DNA from: Candidatus Woesearchaeota archaeon
GTDB lineage: Archaea; Nanobdellota; Nanobdellia; SCGC-AAA011-G17; GW2011-AR18
Assembly (NCBI GenBank): GCA_018302765.1
Contig: JAGVZG010000002.1
Coordinates: forward strand, 32,001 to 96,000
Direction: 5' to 3'
Length of the DNA: 64,000 nucleotides
The position numbers were made by a program, and so were the translations under genes. Shown one piece after another: positions 17,399 to 26,446 of this stretch. The notes beneath the pieces were generated by a model, which had not been told where the DNA came from, did no database searches, and worked only from the letters and a program-made list of their open reading frames with translations. How positions within the stretch are numbered: the stretch's first letter is position 1; each line of letters begins with the position of its first letter.

Positions 17399-19075
17399 AT
17401 GGGGAAAAAATTTTATCTTTCATTATTTATAGTTTTCTTAATGGCATTAATGCTAAATTCTTTAATAGTTTCAGCAGCTCCTACAATAATAGATACTTGC
17501 ACAATTATAGATAAACCTGGAGACTATGAACTTACAGCTGATATTATAGGTAATACTCTTATAAATCCTCTTATATTAAATCCATTTGGTGCAGGTTGGT
17601 TTTGCATTGGGATAGCTTCTTCAGACGTTAATTTGAATTGTAATGGGTATTCTATAGACAGATCAGGACCGGGTCTAACAGGTCTTCGGGGTCTAATGGG
17701 TATTTACTTAGCCCGCGAAAATGCCTTACCAAATGGAGGAATAAGTAATGTTTCAATTTCTAACTGCAAAGTGATAAATTATGAGGATGGTATTTATTTT
17801 GATGATGGTGTAAATCATACTCAAATTATAGGGAACACTGTTAAAAGTAATTATCGCGGTATTCTGGTTCAGGGTTCTCATAATACAATAAGTTATAATA
17901 CTGTTAAAGGTAACTATGAGGTTGGCATTAGAATTTATGGCGGCACATATTCTCATAGTGTATTTAATACAGTAAGTCTTAATTCTATTTCTTGGACAGG
18001 GAGAAATAAACATGAACGTGGAAAGGGTATTTCCCTAGGGGGCGTTGGTGTAAATAAAACAAGCATTTATCTCAACAAAATTTATGATAATGTGTGGGGA
18101 ATTTATGTAGCTGATGGGTCTTCTCATAACGATATTGGACTTAATGAAATTTATAAAAATGAAAGAGGGGTTTTTCTTAGAAGCATTTCACCATATTATT
18201 ACAATACCGGCAATAATTTTCTTGAGAATTCAATAAGGGACAATGTGGAAGGTGTTTTTGTTCAAGATGGATTGAATGCCTTATTTCATAAAAATAAAGT
18301 TTATGGAAATGATTTTGGTTTTGCAATTGTTAAAGACATAACTAATAGTCATGGCGATGGGTGGTCTAGAGTAGGCCCTATTAGTGTTTCTCTAAAAGAA
18401 AATGAAATTTATAACAACAAACAAGGTTTCAATGTTACAAGGGTTGCTCCTAGCGGTACAAATTCTTTATTTACTATGAGTGAGGATCATTTTTATAACA
18501 ATGATAAAGATTTGGTTGTTGATAGTGGCAACTACGGTACTATAATTAATGACACTGCAACTGACATGACTAATAATTATAAAACTTATTTACTTTTAAA
18601 TAAAGTTGTATTTGACAGCCCTCCTGGAAAAAGACATAAGTTTACTACACTTTCTATGTTAGAGGATTTAGATGAAATTATTTCAAGCCGTAAGAATGAT
18701 TTTACTTATTCAATATCCTGGTCTAATCAACCAGCACCTACACCTATTGATTTTAAATCTTTTGCTGATAAATTTATTTCAGTTGAGACTACTAAAGGCA
18801 GTCCACAAATAGATAAAATGGTATGGCATTGGAAAGACAGTGAAGTAGGCAATATTTACAAAGAAAATAGTTTTGATATTTATAACTATTTTTCCAGCTG
18901 GAATAAAATGCCAGCTACCTTAGATATAACTACAAATACTTTAACTTTAAATAACTTAATTGAACCTCATGGTGTTTATGGTATTTTAGAATTCAGGTTG
19001 CCAAGAAGACCAGGTCCTTGTACGTTATCAAAACTATCTTCATCTGAGTGTATAAAAATTGAAGAAACTGTTTAA
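17399..19075 (+). CDS. Secreted/surface right-handed parallel beta-helix protein (NosD/CASH-like)
   Basis: Signal peptide, IDKPGDYEL, repeated N-x-I-x-x-N-x-x-GI motifs. Confidence 0.85.
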   Translation: MGKKFYLSLFIVFLMALMLNSLIVSAAPTIIDTCTIIDKPGDYELTADIIGNTLINPLILNPFGAGWFCIGIASSDVNLNCNGYSIDRSGPGLTGLRGLMGIYLARENALPNGGISNVSISNCKVINYEDGIYFDDGVNHTQIIGNTVKSNYRGILVQGSHNTISYNTVKGNYEVGIRIYGGTYSHSVFNTVSLNSISWTGRNKHERGKGISLGGVGVNKTSIYLNKIYDNVWGIYVADGSSHNDIGLNEIYKNERGVFLRSISPYYYNTGNNFLENSIRDNVEGVFVQDGLNALFHKNKVYGNDFGFAIVKDITNSHGDGWSRVGPISVSLKENEIYNNKQGFNVTRVAPSGTNSLFTMSEDHFYNNDKDLVVDSGNYGTIINDTATDMTNNYKTYLLLNKVVFDSPPGKRHKFTTLSMLEDLDEIISSRKNDFTYSISWSNQPAPTPIDFKSFADKFISVETTKGSPQIDKMVWHWKDSEVGNIYKENSFDIYNYFSSWNKMPATLDITTNTLTLNNLIEPHGVYGILEFRLPRRPGPCTLSKLSSSECIKIEETV

Positions 19076-19125
19076 AGAATTCTGCATTAAAAATGTTTAT
19101 ATAATAATATTTCAATATATTTCTT

Positions 19126-20844
19126 ATGAAAAACCAAGAGGTGGCTGAAATACTTTTCAAAGTAGCTGATTTGCTAGAGTTGCAAGATGAGATAAGATTC
19201 AAATACTTGGCTTATAGAAAAGCAGCCCAAACAATAGAAAGATTATCCCAAGACATACTAGAGATTTATAAAAAAGGAGGAATAAAAGCATTAGAAGAAA
19301 TACCTTCTATTGGCTCAGGAATAGCTGAAAAAATAGAAGAGATATTAAAAACTGGAAAATTAAATTATCTAGAAGAATTAAAAAGTAAAATTCCTATTGA
19401 TGTTGATTCTTTAATGGGTGTAGAAGGTCTTGGATCAAAAAGAATAGGAACACTATATAAAAAACTAAAAATAAAAAACATTAAAGATTTAGAAGGAGCA
19501 GCAAAACAAGGAAAAATAAAAAACATTCCAGGATTTGGAACTAAAGTAGAAGAAAACATTCTAAAAGCAATTGAATTTTCTAGAACAGCTAAACAGAGGT
19601 TTGTATTAGGTTTTGTCTGGCCTACAATTCTAGAATTAGAAAAGAAAATTAAGTCTATTAAATATGTTCATAGAATTGAGATATGCGGCAGTGTTAGAAG
19701 AAGAAAGGAAACTATTGCAGACCTAGATATTTTAACAATAAGCAATAATCCTGTAAAAGTAATTGATACTTTTACTAAACTAGAGGAGGTAAAAAGAATA
19801 TTAGCAAAAGGCGGTACAAAAAGCACAGTTATTTTAAGAAACAATATGCAGGTTGATCTAAGAGTTCTCCCAAAAGAAAGCTTTGGCGCTGCAATGCAAT
19901 ATTTTATAGGAGATAAAAATCATAATGTAAAATTAAGAAGAATAGCAATTTCCAAAGGCTATAAACTCAGCGAATATGGCTTGTTCAAAGAAAAAAAAGC
20001 AATAGCTGCAGAAGATGAAGAAGAGATTTATAAATCTTTAGGATTAGATTATATTGAACCAGAAATGAGAGAGGATTCTGGAGAAATAGAATTGGCAATG
20101 AAGCATAAAATTCCAAAATTAATTCAATTAAGTGATATAAAAGGAGATCTTCATATGCATACAAACCAAAGTGATGGCTTAAATACTATGGAAGAAATGA
20201 TAGAAAAAGCAATTTCTTTAGGCAGAAAATATATTGCAATAAGCGATCATACTGGATTTTTACAAGTTGCTCATGGCTTAAATGAAAGGCAGTTATTAAA
20301 ACAAAAAGAGAACACAGAAAAAATGAAGAAAAAATATGGCAATAAAATTACAGTTTTAAGCGGGTGCGAAGTAAACATTAAGGACAATGGAAAACCAGAT
20401 ATTAGAGACTCTATTTTAAAGCAGCTTGATGTTGTAACTGCAAGCATCCATACAGGATTTAAAGGCTCTGAAGAAAAAACCACTAAAAGGACAATTGCAG
20501 CAATGGAAAATCCAAATGTTGACATTATAGGACATCCAACAGGGAGAGTACTGCAAAAAAGAAACCCTTTTGCTATTAACTTAAATAATGTCTTTGAAAA
20601 GGCAAGAGAAACAGGAACTTGTCTAGAGATAAATTCATTTCCTACTAGGCTAGATCTAAAAGACATTCATATTAAAGAAGCTATTAAAAATAAAATCAAA
20701 TTAGTTATATCAACAGACTCCCATGAAGTCTTGCATCAAGAATTTATGCAGTTTGGAGTTTGGCAGGCAAGAAGAGGCTGGGCAGAAGCTAAGAATATTC
20801 TAAATACTTTGCATCTAGATAAATTTTTAAAAAATCTAAAATGA
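19126..20844 (+). CDS. polX: DNA polymerase X with C-terminal PHP domain
   Basis: HhH GIGSGIAEKI, GSVRRRKETIADLDIL, QVDLR, PHP DLHMHT, GHPTGR, STDSH. Confidence 0.95.
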   Translation: MKNQEVAEILFKVADLLELQDEIRFKYLAYRKAAQTIERLSQDILEIYKKGGIKALEEIPSIGSGIAEKIEEILKTGKLNYLEELKSKIPIDVDSLMGVEGLGSKRIGTLYKKLKIKNIKDLEGAAKQGKIKNIPGFGTKVEENILKAIEFSRTAKQRFVLGFVWPTILELEKKIKSIKYVHRIEICGSVRRRKETIADLDILTISNNPVKVIDTFTKLEEVKRILAKGGTKSTVILRNNMQVDLRVLPKESFGAAMQYFIGDKNHNVKLRRIAISKGYKLSEYGLFKEKKAIAAEDEEEIYKSLGLDYIEPEMREDSGEIELAMKHKIPKLIQLSDIKGDLHMHTNQSDGLNTMEEMIEKAISLGRKYIAISDHTGFLQVAHGLNERQLLKQKENTEKMKKKYGNKITVLSGCEVNIKDNGKPDIRDSILKQLDVVTASIHTGFKGSEEKTTKRTIAAMENPNVDIIGHPTGRVLQKRNPFAINLNNVFEKARETGTCLEINSFPTRLDLKDIHIKEAIKNKIKLVISTDSHEVLHQEFMQFGVWQARRGWAEAKNILNTLHLDKFLKNLK

Positions 20845-21435
20845 CTAAGGTTTATGTCTACTTCTAAGTTTAGCAAACCATTTCTTAACGTCTCTTTGAA
20901 TCTGGTCTTTATGGTCTGGATTTCTTATTTTTAATTCAACACCTTGGATTCTATGCTTAGACAAAGTAACTTCTACATTATTATAAGTGTATTTTCCATC
21001 TGCGCTTGAATATTTAGACAAAACAATATTTGCCCTGTCTAATTCATAACCGGCTTGCTGCAATAGTGCTGTATGTATTCCTTTAAAATAATCAAAGCCA
21101 TTGCTTAAATCTATATAAACTTCAGCATCTCTTCCTCCAATAACCATAAGCTCTAATACTTTCTGTTCGTCTTTTCTGAAAGCCACTCTTCTATTAGCAG
21201 TAATTAGTCCACTTTTATCATATTGAACTCTTTGTATAGCAAAAGGAATAATTCCCTGACTACAACATTCTTCTATGTATTGATCTACATAGTGTTTAGA
21301 AGCCCCAAGCAGAGGCATTTCTATACCTTCAGCTACAAAAATGGCTTCTCCAGACAAAGGAGTTAGCCTTAAAGTTTTTAAAGTATCATAAAATAAGTCC
21401 TGCGAAACAATAGGTATTTTGTCTGAGTAAATCAT
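20845..21435 (-). CDS. Hypothetical protein
   Basis: 196-aa ORF, no recognised motif. Confidence 0.55.
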   Translation of the reverse strand: MIYSDKIPIVSQDLFYDTLKTLRLTPLSGEAIFVAEGIEMPLLGASKHYVDQYIEECCSQGIIPFAIQRVQYDKSGLITANRRVAFRKDEQKVLELMVIGGRDAEVYIDLSNGFDYFKGIHTALLQQAGYELDRANIVLSKYSSADGKYTYNNVEVTLSKHRIQGVELKIRNPDHKDQIQRDVKKWFAKLRSRHKP

Positions 21436-21603
21436 TTTTATTTATCCAAGGAAAAACTGGAAAATTAAATCACCCCTTATATATTATAATTAATGATAAA
21501 ATTTTATAAATGTTTTTGTTTCTCTAGAATATTAAGTAAAATACTAAAATATCTATTATAAAATCATAATAAATTATATAAACCTAGTAAAAATTAAAAT
21601 TGT

Positions 21604-22251
21604 ATGTATTATAAAGATTTAGATTATTTAAAACAAGCTTATTCTCAGAGAAAAGAAATAATACAAAATAGATTAAAATATTTCAAAAGTGTCTGGAATG
21701 AAGACGAAAAAAGAATATTTGCTGAATTATGCTTTTGCTTGTTGACACCGCAAAGCAAAGCAAAACTATGTGATGCTGCAATACAAAATCTAGTAAAAAC
21801 AAACCTATTATTTACTGGAAAGGAACAGGACATTAAAGATTATCTAATAGGTGTAAGGTTTAATAATAATAAATCTAGGTATATTACTGAAGCGAGAAAT
21901 ATGTTTACTAAAGACGGTAAAATTTTTATAAAAGACAAGATTAAACAATTTGACAATGAGTTAGAACTTAGGAATTGGCTAGTGGAAAATGTTAATGGTA
22001 TTGGATTGAAAGAGGCTGGGCATTTTATGCGCAATATAGGAATGTATGAAAATGTATCAATTTTAGACAGGCATATTTTAAAAAATTTACATAAACATGG
22101 TGTAATAGATGAAATTCCAAACCCTTTAACAAAAAAACAATACTTGGAAATAGAAGAAAAAATGAAATTATTTTGCAAAGAGGTTGGAATTGGTATTGAA
22201 GAAATAGACTTATTGTTCTGGTCAGAAGAGACAGGAGAAGTATTTAAGTAA
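21604..22251 (+). CDS. ogg: 8-oxoguanine DNA glycosylase/AP lyase (archaeal Ogg type)
   Basis: ELCFCLLTPQ, HhH NGIGLKEAGHFMRNIG, ILDRHIL, DLLFW. Confidence 0.92.
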   Translation: MYYKDLDYLKQAYSQRKEIIQNRLKYFKSVWNEDEKRIFAELCFCLLTPQSKAKLCDAAIQNLVKTNLLFTGKEQDIKDYLIGVRFNNNKSRYITEARNMFTKDGKIFIKDKIKQFDNELELRNWLVENVNGIGLKEAGHFMRNIGMYENVSILDRHILKNLHKHGVIDEIPNPLTKKQYLEIEEKMKLFCKEVGIGIEEIDLLFWSEETGEVFK

Positions 22252-23374
22252 AACTATTTATTGTTTTTATTAATTCATTTTCAAACCATTCTTCTTTATC
22301 AAATGGAACAAAACAACCAGCAGCAGTTTCGTGCCCACCACCTACACCAAGTTTAATTAAAATATTTCCAAGATTATAATCAGCTTTTTTTGTTCTTAAT
22401 GAATATTTTATAACATTTTTATTAATATCTTTTCCTCTCATAGCAATAACAATACCATATTCAGATTCATCTAGCATAATACTAGAGAACTTGCTCATAA
22501 ATCCACTTTTATGCATTCTTACATTATAAAATACCACATTACCTACTACTTTTTTATACTTGTCAAAATTTTTTCTTTCTTCATCAATTAAATTAGATAA
22601 TGTTAGATAATTTTTATTTAAATATTTAACACTTGGGTTTTCTGAACCATTGATAAGTTCTTCAAATCTAAATTCCTTATTTTCTAAAATTAGTTTTATT
22701 AAACTCTCATTTCCTGTTTCTTCTTCAATAATAAAAGGAGCCCAAAACATCAAGCTTAAATCAAAAAATTTGGTTTTTTTATTTCCAGCATAATAAATAT
22801 TATACCTGTCTAATTTATTTTCCTTTACTAAATTAATAAGCTCTGGAAATAAATTTCTGTAATCTAAAACTACAGAATTAATTTTATTCCTGCAATTATC
22901 AACCAGGTAATCGCAAACAGTACCTATAGCACTTATGTCTCTCCCAAATTTTACAGTTTCAGGCAATGCCATATAAACAATATCTGAAGTATTTACATTT
23001 GTTAAATTAGAACTTCTTGGGCTAAGATAAATAATTTCATCAAATTGTGTTAAATCTGTATATTGGATTGCATACCAATCAAAGGCAAGAATTTTTTGTA
23101 TATTGTTTTTTCTTAATTCATCTATTTGTTCTTTTTTAAGCCCATTTCTATTACCTTTAAAATTTGGAATTTTCTTGTGATATAATCCGTAAATAATAAC
23201 AGAAGTTATTCCATCTGGATCTTCATCACTAATTATTAGATCATAGTCCTCAACCAAATATATCCTAACTATTTTATAAAATTCCTCTAAATTATGAGCA
23301 GTAATAACCCTAACATTATTAAATTTATCAAATTCTACACTTAATTGATGGTGATCTACTATAACTAACTTCAT
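22244..23374 (-). CDS. DHH/DHHA1 family phosphoesterase (RecJ-like) with DHH tripeptide at the N-terminus
   Basis: DEDPDG motif I, DISAIGTVCD motif IV, GGGHETAAG DHHA1; VIVDHH at residues 4-9. Confidence 0.8.
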   Translation of the reverse strand: MKLVIVDHHQLSVEFDKFNNVRVITAHNLEEFYKIVRIYLVEDYDLIISDEDPDGITSVIIYGLYHKKIPNFKGNRNGLKKEQIDELRKNNIQKILAFDWYAIQYTDLTQFDEIIYLSPRSSNLTNVNTSDIVYMALPETVKFGRDISAIGTVCDYLVDNCRNKINSVVLDYRNLFPELINLVKENKLDRYNIYYAGNKKTKFFDLSLMFWAPFIIEEETGNESLIKLILENKEFRFEELINGSENPSVKYLNKNYLTLSNLIDEERKNFDKYKKVVGNVVFYNVRMHKSGFMSKFSSIMLDESEYGIVIAMRGKDINKNVIKYSLRTKKADYNLGNILIKLGVGGGHETAAGCFVPFDKEEWFENELIKTINSFT

Positions 23375-23511
23375 AAAATTTTAATTGAGTTTTAATATAA
23401 AAAACCTACTAAAATCAGAACAGTTTTAAATTTTGATAGAACATTATACTCATTTTTAAAATATATTTTAATCAATCTAAAAATTTAAAAGGATATATAG
23501 AAACCAAATTT

Positions 23512-24141
23512 ATGGGTTGGAATGAAGATTATAGTGTATATAAACATACTTATCTAGACGGCTTGTTATTGCTTGATGGTAACGTTTGTTTTAGTGATAG
23601 AGATTTGAGAAATGTCTACATTCCAACTTTACAATTAATGAAAGTTCATGAAGATCATCCTATAAAACTTACTTACGGAGGAAGAATATCTCTAAAACCA
23701 GAAGGAGATGAAAGATTAATAATGCAAATATGTAAAGATCCTGACCAAAATCTTTATGATGGTATTTCTATTTTATTTTGTCCTCCAAGTTATGATTTCC
23801 CAGAAGGTAAACAAAAATTAGTTGCTAAACAGGGATTTGAATTTTCTGATAATACAAAAGGAGACTTAACAGTAGGTTATGCAGAAGGAAGGGAACTTCC
23901 ACTTGGATGCGAAGGAATAAATACTGTTGTTCAGATACTGCCACCAATTGTATATTCTTATATTGTAAATTTCCTGGGAAGCAAACCCACAATATTTTAT
24001 TCAGAAAGATATTCTGAAAGTGGCTTCAAACCTTTAGGCAGAATAAATTTAGAAAAAGATCTTCTTGGTGTTTCAGACGTAACAACAGAGATGATTAAAA
24101 AATTAGAAGATAGATTCAAAATGCCTCTTTTAAAAAAATAA
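23512..24141 (+). CDS. Hypothetical protein
   Basis: 209-aa ORF, no recognised motif. Confidence 0.6.
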   Translation: MGWNEDYSVYKHTYLDGLLLLDGNVCFSDRDLRNVYIPTLQLMKVHEDHPIKLTYGGRISLKPEGDERLIMQICKDPDQNLYDGISILFCPPSYDFPEGKQKLVAKQGFEFSDNTKGDLTVGYAEGRELPLGCEGINTVVQILPPIVYSYIVNFLGSKPTIFYSERYSESGFKPLGRINLEKDLLGVSDVTTEMIKKLEDRFKMPLLKK

Positions 24142-24144
24142 ATC

Positions 24145-24999
24145 TTAAATTTTATTTCCTATCAACAGGTCTTCAATTTTTTCCAGGTCATTAATTCTAT
24201 TTTCTATTGGCAGAGCATTGCTGTGCAAATTCCAGAAAACTTTCTCTAGCCATTCCACCCATTCTTTGTCATAAATATTGTATATGAGGTAAACATCCTT
24301 ATTAATTTCATTATCTTTATAGTCACTTTTTTTCTTTTCATCCCTTAATCTAATAATTTTATCATCTATTACAAATCCCCTTAATGGCTGCTCAATATGC
24401 CTTACTTCTACAGCATCGTAGCCAATTAGATTATTAAGCTCCAAAATTTTTTTTATGTTTGCTATAGAAGCTATATCTACCCTACACAGGATTTTTATGT
24501 TAATTCTTTTTCTTGCTAGTTCTACAATAATATCAATCAATCTTTTTCCATTCTCTGTATTATTAATAAATGATATATTACCTGAGAAAATAAACAACTG
24601 TCTTGATGTATTTTTTATAAGATCTATTAATTTTTGTTCATCTGCTTTGTCATTAGGCATAACAAAAGCGTCCTTTTTATTGTGGTCAACTAAACTATAT
24701 ATATCAAAAGGGTTGAAATCCTGCTTTTTCTTCCCAGTTTTTATTTTATCTAGTAATATTTGCTGAGCTGTACTAGCTCTCATGCCTTCCAAATTAGCCC
24801 AATAAACAATCTTTAAAGCTCCTCTGGTACCACCTCTAAATGTTTTTATCTTAATTGTTCCATATTTTTCTATCATATAATTTAGATACTTGTCAGCTGT
24901 TACCCAGCTTACTTTTAGCAGTTCAGAAATTTCTTTAACAGCTCTGGGCTGTTTATAAACAAATTCATTGACTGCTTTTATAGCGTCAGGAGTAAGCAT
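24145..24999 (-). CDS. wHTH regulator with TrmB-like/PLD-fold C-terminal domain
   Basis: AVKEISELLKVSWVTADKYL HTH; QLFIFSG...IKILCR...GFVIDDK PLD-like strand pattern lacking the HxK His. Confidence 0.7.
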   Translation of the reverse strand: MLTPDAIKAVNEFVYKQPRAVKEISELLKVSWVTADKYLNYMIEKYGTIKIKTFRGGTRGALKIVYWANLEGMRASTAQQILLDKIKTGKKKQDFNPFDIYSLVDHNKKDAFVMPNDKADEQKLIDLIKNTSRQLFIFSGNISFINNTENGKRLIDIIVELARKRINIKILCRVDIASIANIKKILELNNLIGYDAVEVRHIEQPLRGFVIDDKIIRLRDEKKKSDYKDNEINKDVYLIYNIYDKEWVEWLEKVFWNLHSNALPIENRINDLEKIEDLLIGNKI

Positions 25000-25076
25000 A
25001 TTATTCTAAAACTTAAACACTATATAAGTTTTTTGATGGTTAATTACTATATTTACTAAAACACTTACATACTTAT

Positions 25077-26030
25077 ATGGATTTAGCAGTATGTGACCAA
25101 TATAAAAAAGTTAAATTACAAGTACAAATACACACAAAAGAATTAACAGATTATTTGCACAGCATAGAACATTCTTTGCAATTATTAGAAGATACTAATA
25201 AAAGAAAAGATGTAACTTCTATTTTACTGGAGTTTACAAAAACGTCACAGTTATCTCTACTTGGAGATGAAGCTAAAACTTTAGATGTAGTACTAGAAAA
25301 TTTACTGGATTTAAGAAGGGCTAAAAGACCGTTATATAAAAGGTTTAAAATAAAAGTAGGTGAAAAAATAAGAGATATATCTGTACCACAAAAATCATTA
25401 GAATTATTTCTTAAATATTATGTTTCGCCACTTATAGATCATGCAAAGTGCCATGCTCAATCACATGGTGGTGAAGTGGGATGTACTCCAAAGTACAGCA
25501 TTAAATCTATCTTACCTGTTGAATTTGTTTTGTCATTTGATCTTAAAGATGCTTATAAAAATATAGACTTGCAGTATATATTTGATTTTTATTATGATTT
25601 AATATTTGAAAAAACAAAAGACGTTGAGAAAAGCAAGCAAACTGCTGGATTTTTAGCTGGAGTATCAACTGTTTATTATGCAGATCGTGGATATGCACTT
25701 CCACAAGGATCACCAATATGTTCAAAATTATTTAACAGAGTATTGCTTCCTATTGATAATTTACTATACAAATATTCTTTAGAAATCGGTCTGGATTATG
25801 TAAGATGGGTAGATGACTTTATTTTTAGCTCTAGTGATTGTGGTTTAACATTAGACAAATTTGTTAAAACTTTAGATATTGTCAGAAATTATTTTCCTAT
25901 ATCTGAGAATAAAACATACTTTCAAAGAAAACATCCGGTATATCTTTTAGGACATAAAATTGTTGGCACAGATATAAGTGAGGCGACAACAGAGGAGTTG
26001 GAAACAAGACGCCAAATTAATTTATCATGA
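25077..26030 (+). CDS. Retron-like reverse transcriptase (atypical motifs, short thumb)
   Basis: YKRFKIK...RDISVP, SFDLKDAYKNI, LPQGSPICS, YVRWVDDFIFS, ISENKT, YLLG. Confidence 0.9.
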   Translation: MDLAVCDQYKKVKLQVQIHTKELTDYLHSIEHSLQLLEDTNKRKDVTSILLEFTKTSQLSLLGDEAKTLDVVLENLLDLRRAKRPLYKRFKIKVGEKIRDISVPQKSLELFLKYYVSPLIDHAKCHAQSHGGEVGCTPKYSIKSILPVEFVLSFDLKDAYKNIDLQYIFDFYYDLIFEKTKDVEKSKQTAGFLAGVSTVYYADRGYALPQGSPICSKLFNRVLLPIDNLLYKYSLEIGLDYVRWVDDFIFSSSDCGLTLDKFVKTLDIVRNYFPISENKTYFQRKHPVYLLGHKIVGTDISEATTEELETRRQINLS

Positions 26031-26076
26031 TATAATTAGATTAATCAGCCTATATGCAAATAGAACATGGATAAAT

Positions 26077-26400
26077 ATGAAAAGTAGAACTAATGATATA
26101 GAAAGCAAATATAGAGTTAAAAAATCATATTCACAAGTTAAACAAAACATAGAACTTTCTTATCTTAGAAGCTTGGATATTGATACAAAAATATTATTGT
26201 CTTTTTATCTATTTGGAGAAATCCCTCAAGTTTTAGTTGCTTTTATAGTAGGCGTTAAACAAGAAACTGTTTCTAGAAGTGTTAAAAGACTAAAGAAAGA
26301 AGGTAAAATAGAAACTATTGGCAGAAAAAAACAACTATATGGAAGTGTTGCTAAAGATTACAAGATTGAACTAAGTGAACTATCTGCTTTATTAATATAA
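26077..26400 (+). CDS. Small winged-helix DNA-binding protein downstream of the RT
   Basis: IPQVLVAFIVGVKQETVSRSVKRLKKEGKIE wHTH; in-frame ATG at 26077 preferred over the overlapping GTG at 25978. Confidence 0.75.
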   Translation: MKSRTNDIESKYRVKKSYSQVKQNIELSYLRSLDIDTKILLSFYLFGEIPQVLVAFIVGVKQETVSRSVKRLKKEGKIETIGRKKQLYGSVAKDYKIELSELSALLI

Positions 26401-26446
26401 AAATTAACAAAAACATTAAAATATCCAATAGATACTATATTTTACA

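Noticed and set aside
19126-22251. PolX-PHP and Ogg as a novel repair system
   Set aside because: Both are canonical with intact motifs and are separated by an unrelated antisense gene
25978-26076. Frameshift fusing the RT thumb to the downstream wHTH frame
   Set aside because: No evident slippery site, the extra residues do not resemble an RT thumb, and a good ATG exists at 26077; read-level check still advisable
25077-26400. RT as part of a diversity-generating retroelement
   Set aside because: Motifs are LPQG/retron-like rather than the DGR LPIG type; no Avd-like gene, adenine-variant TR/VR pair or C-type-lectin target was noticed (search by eye only)
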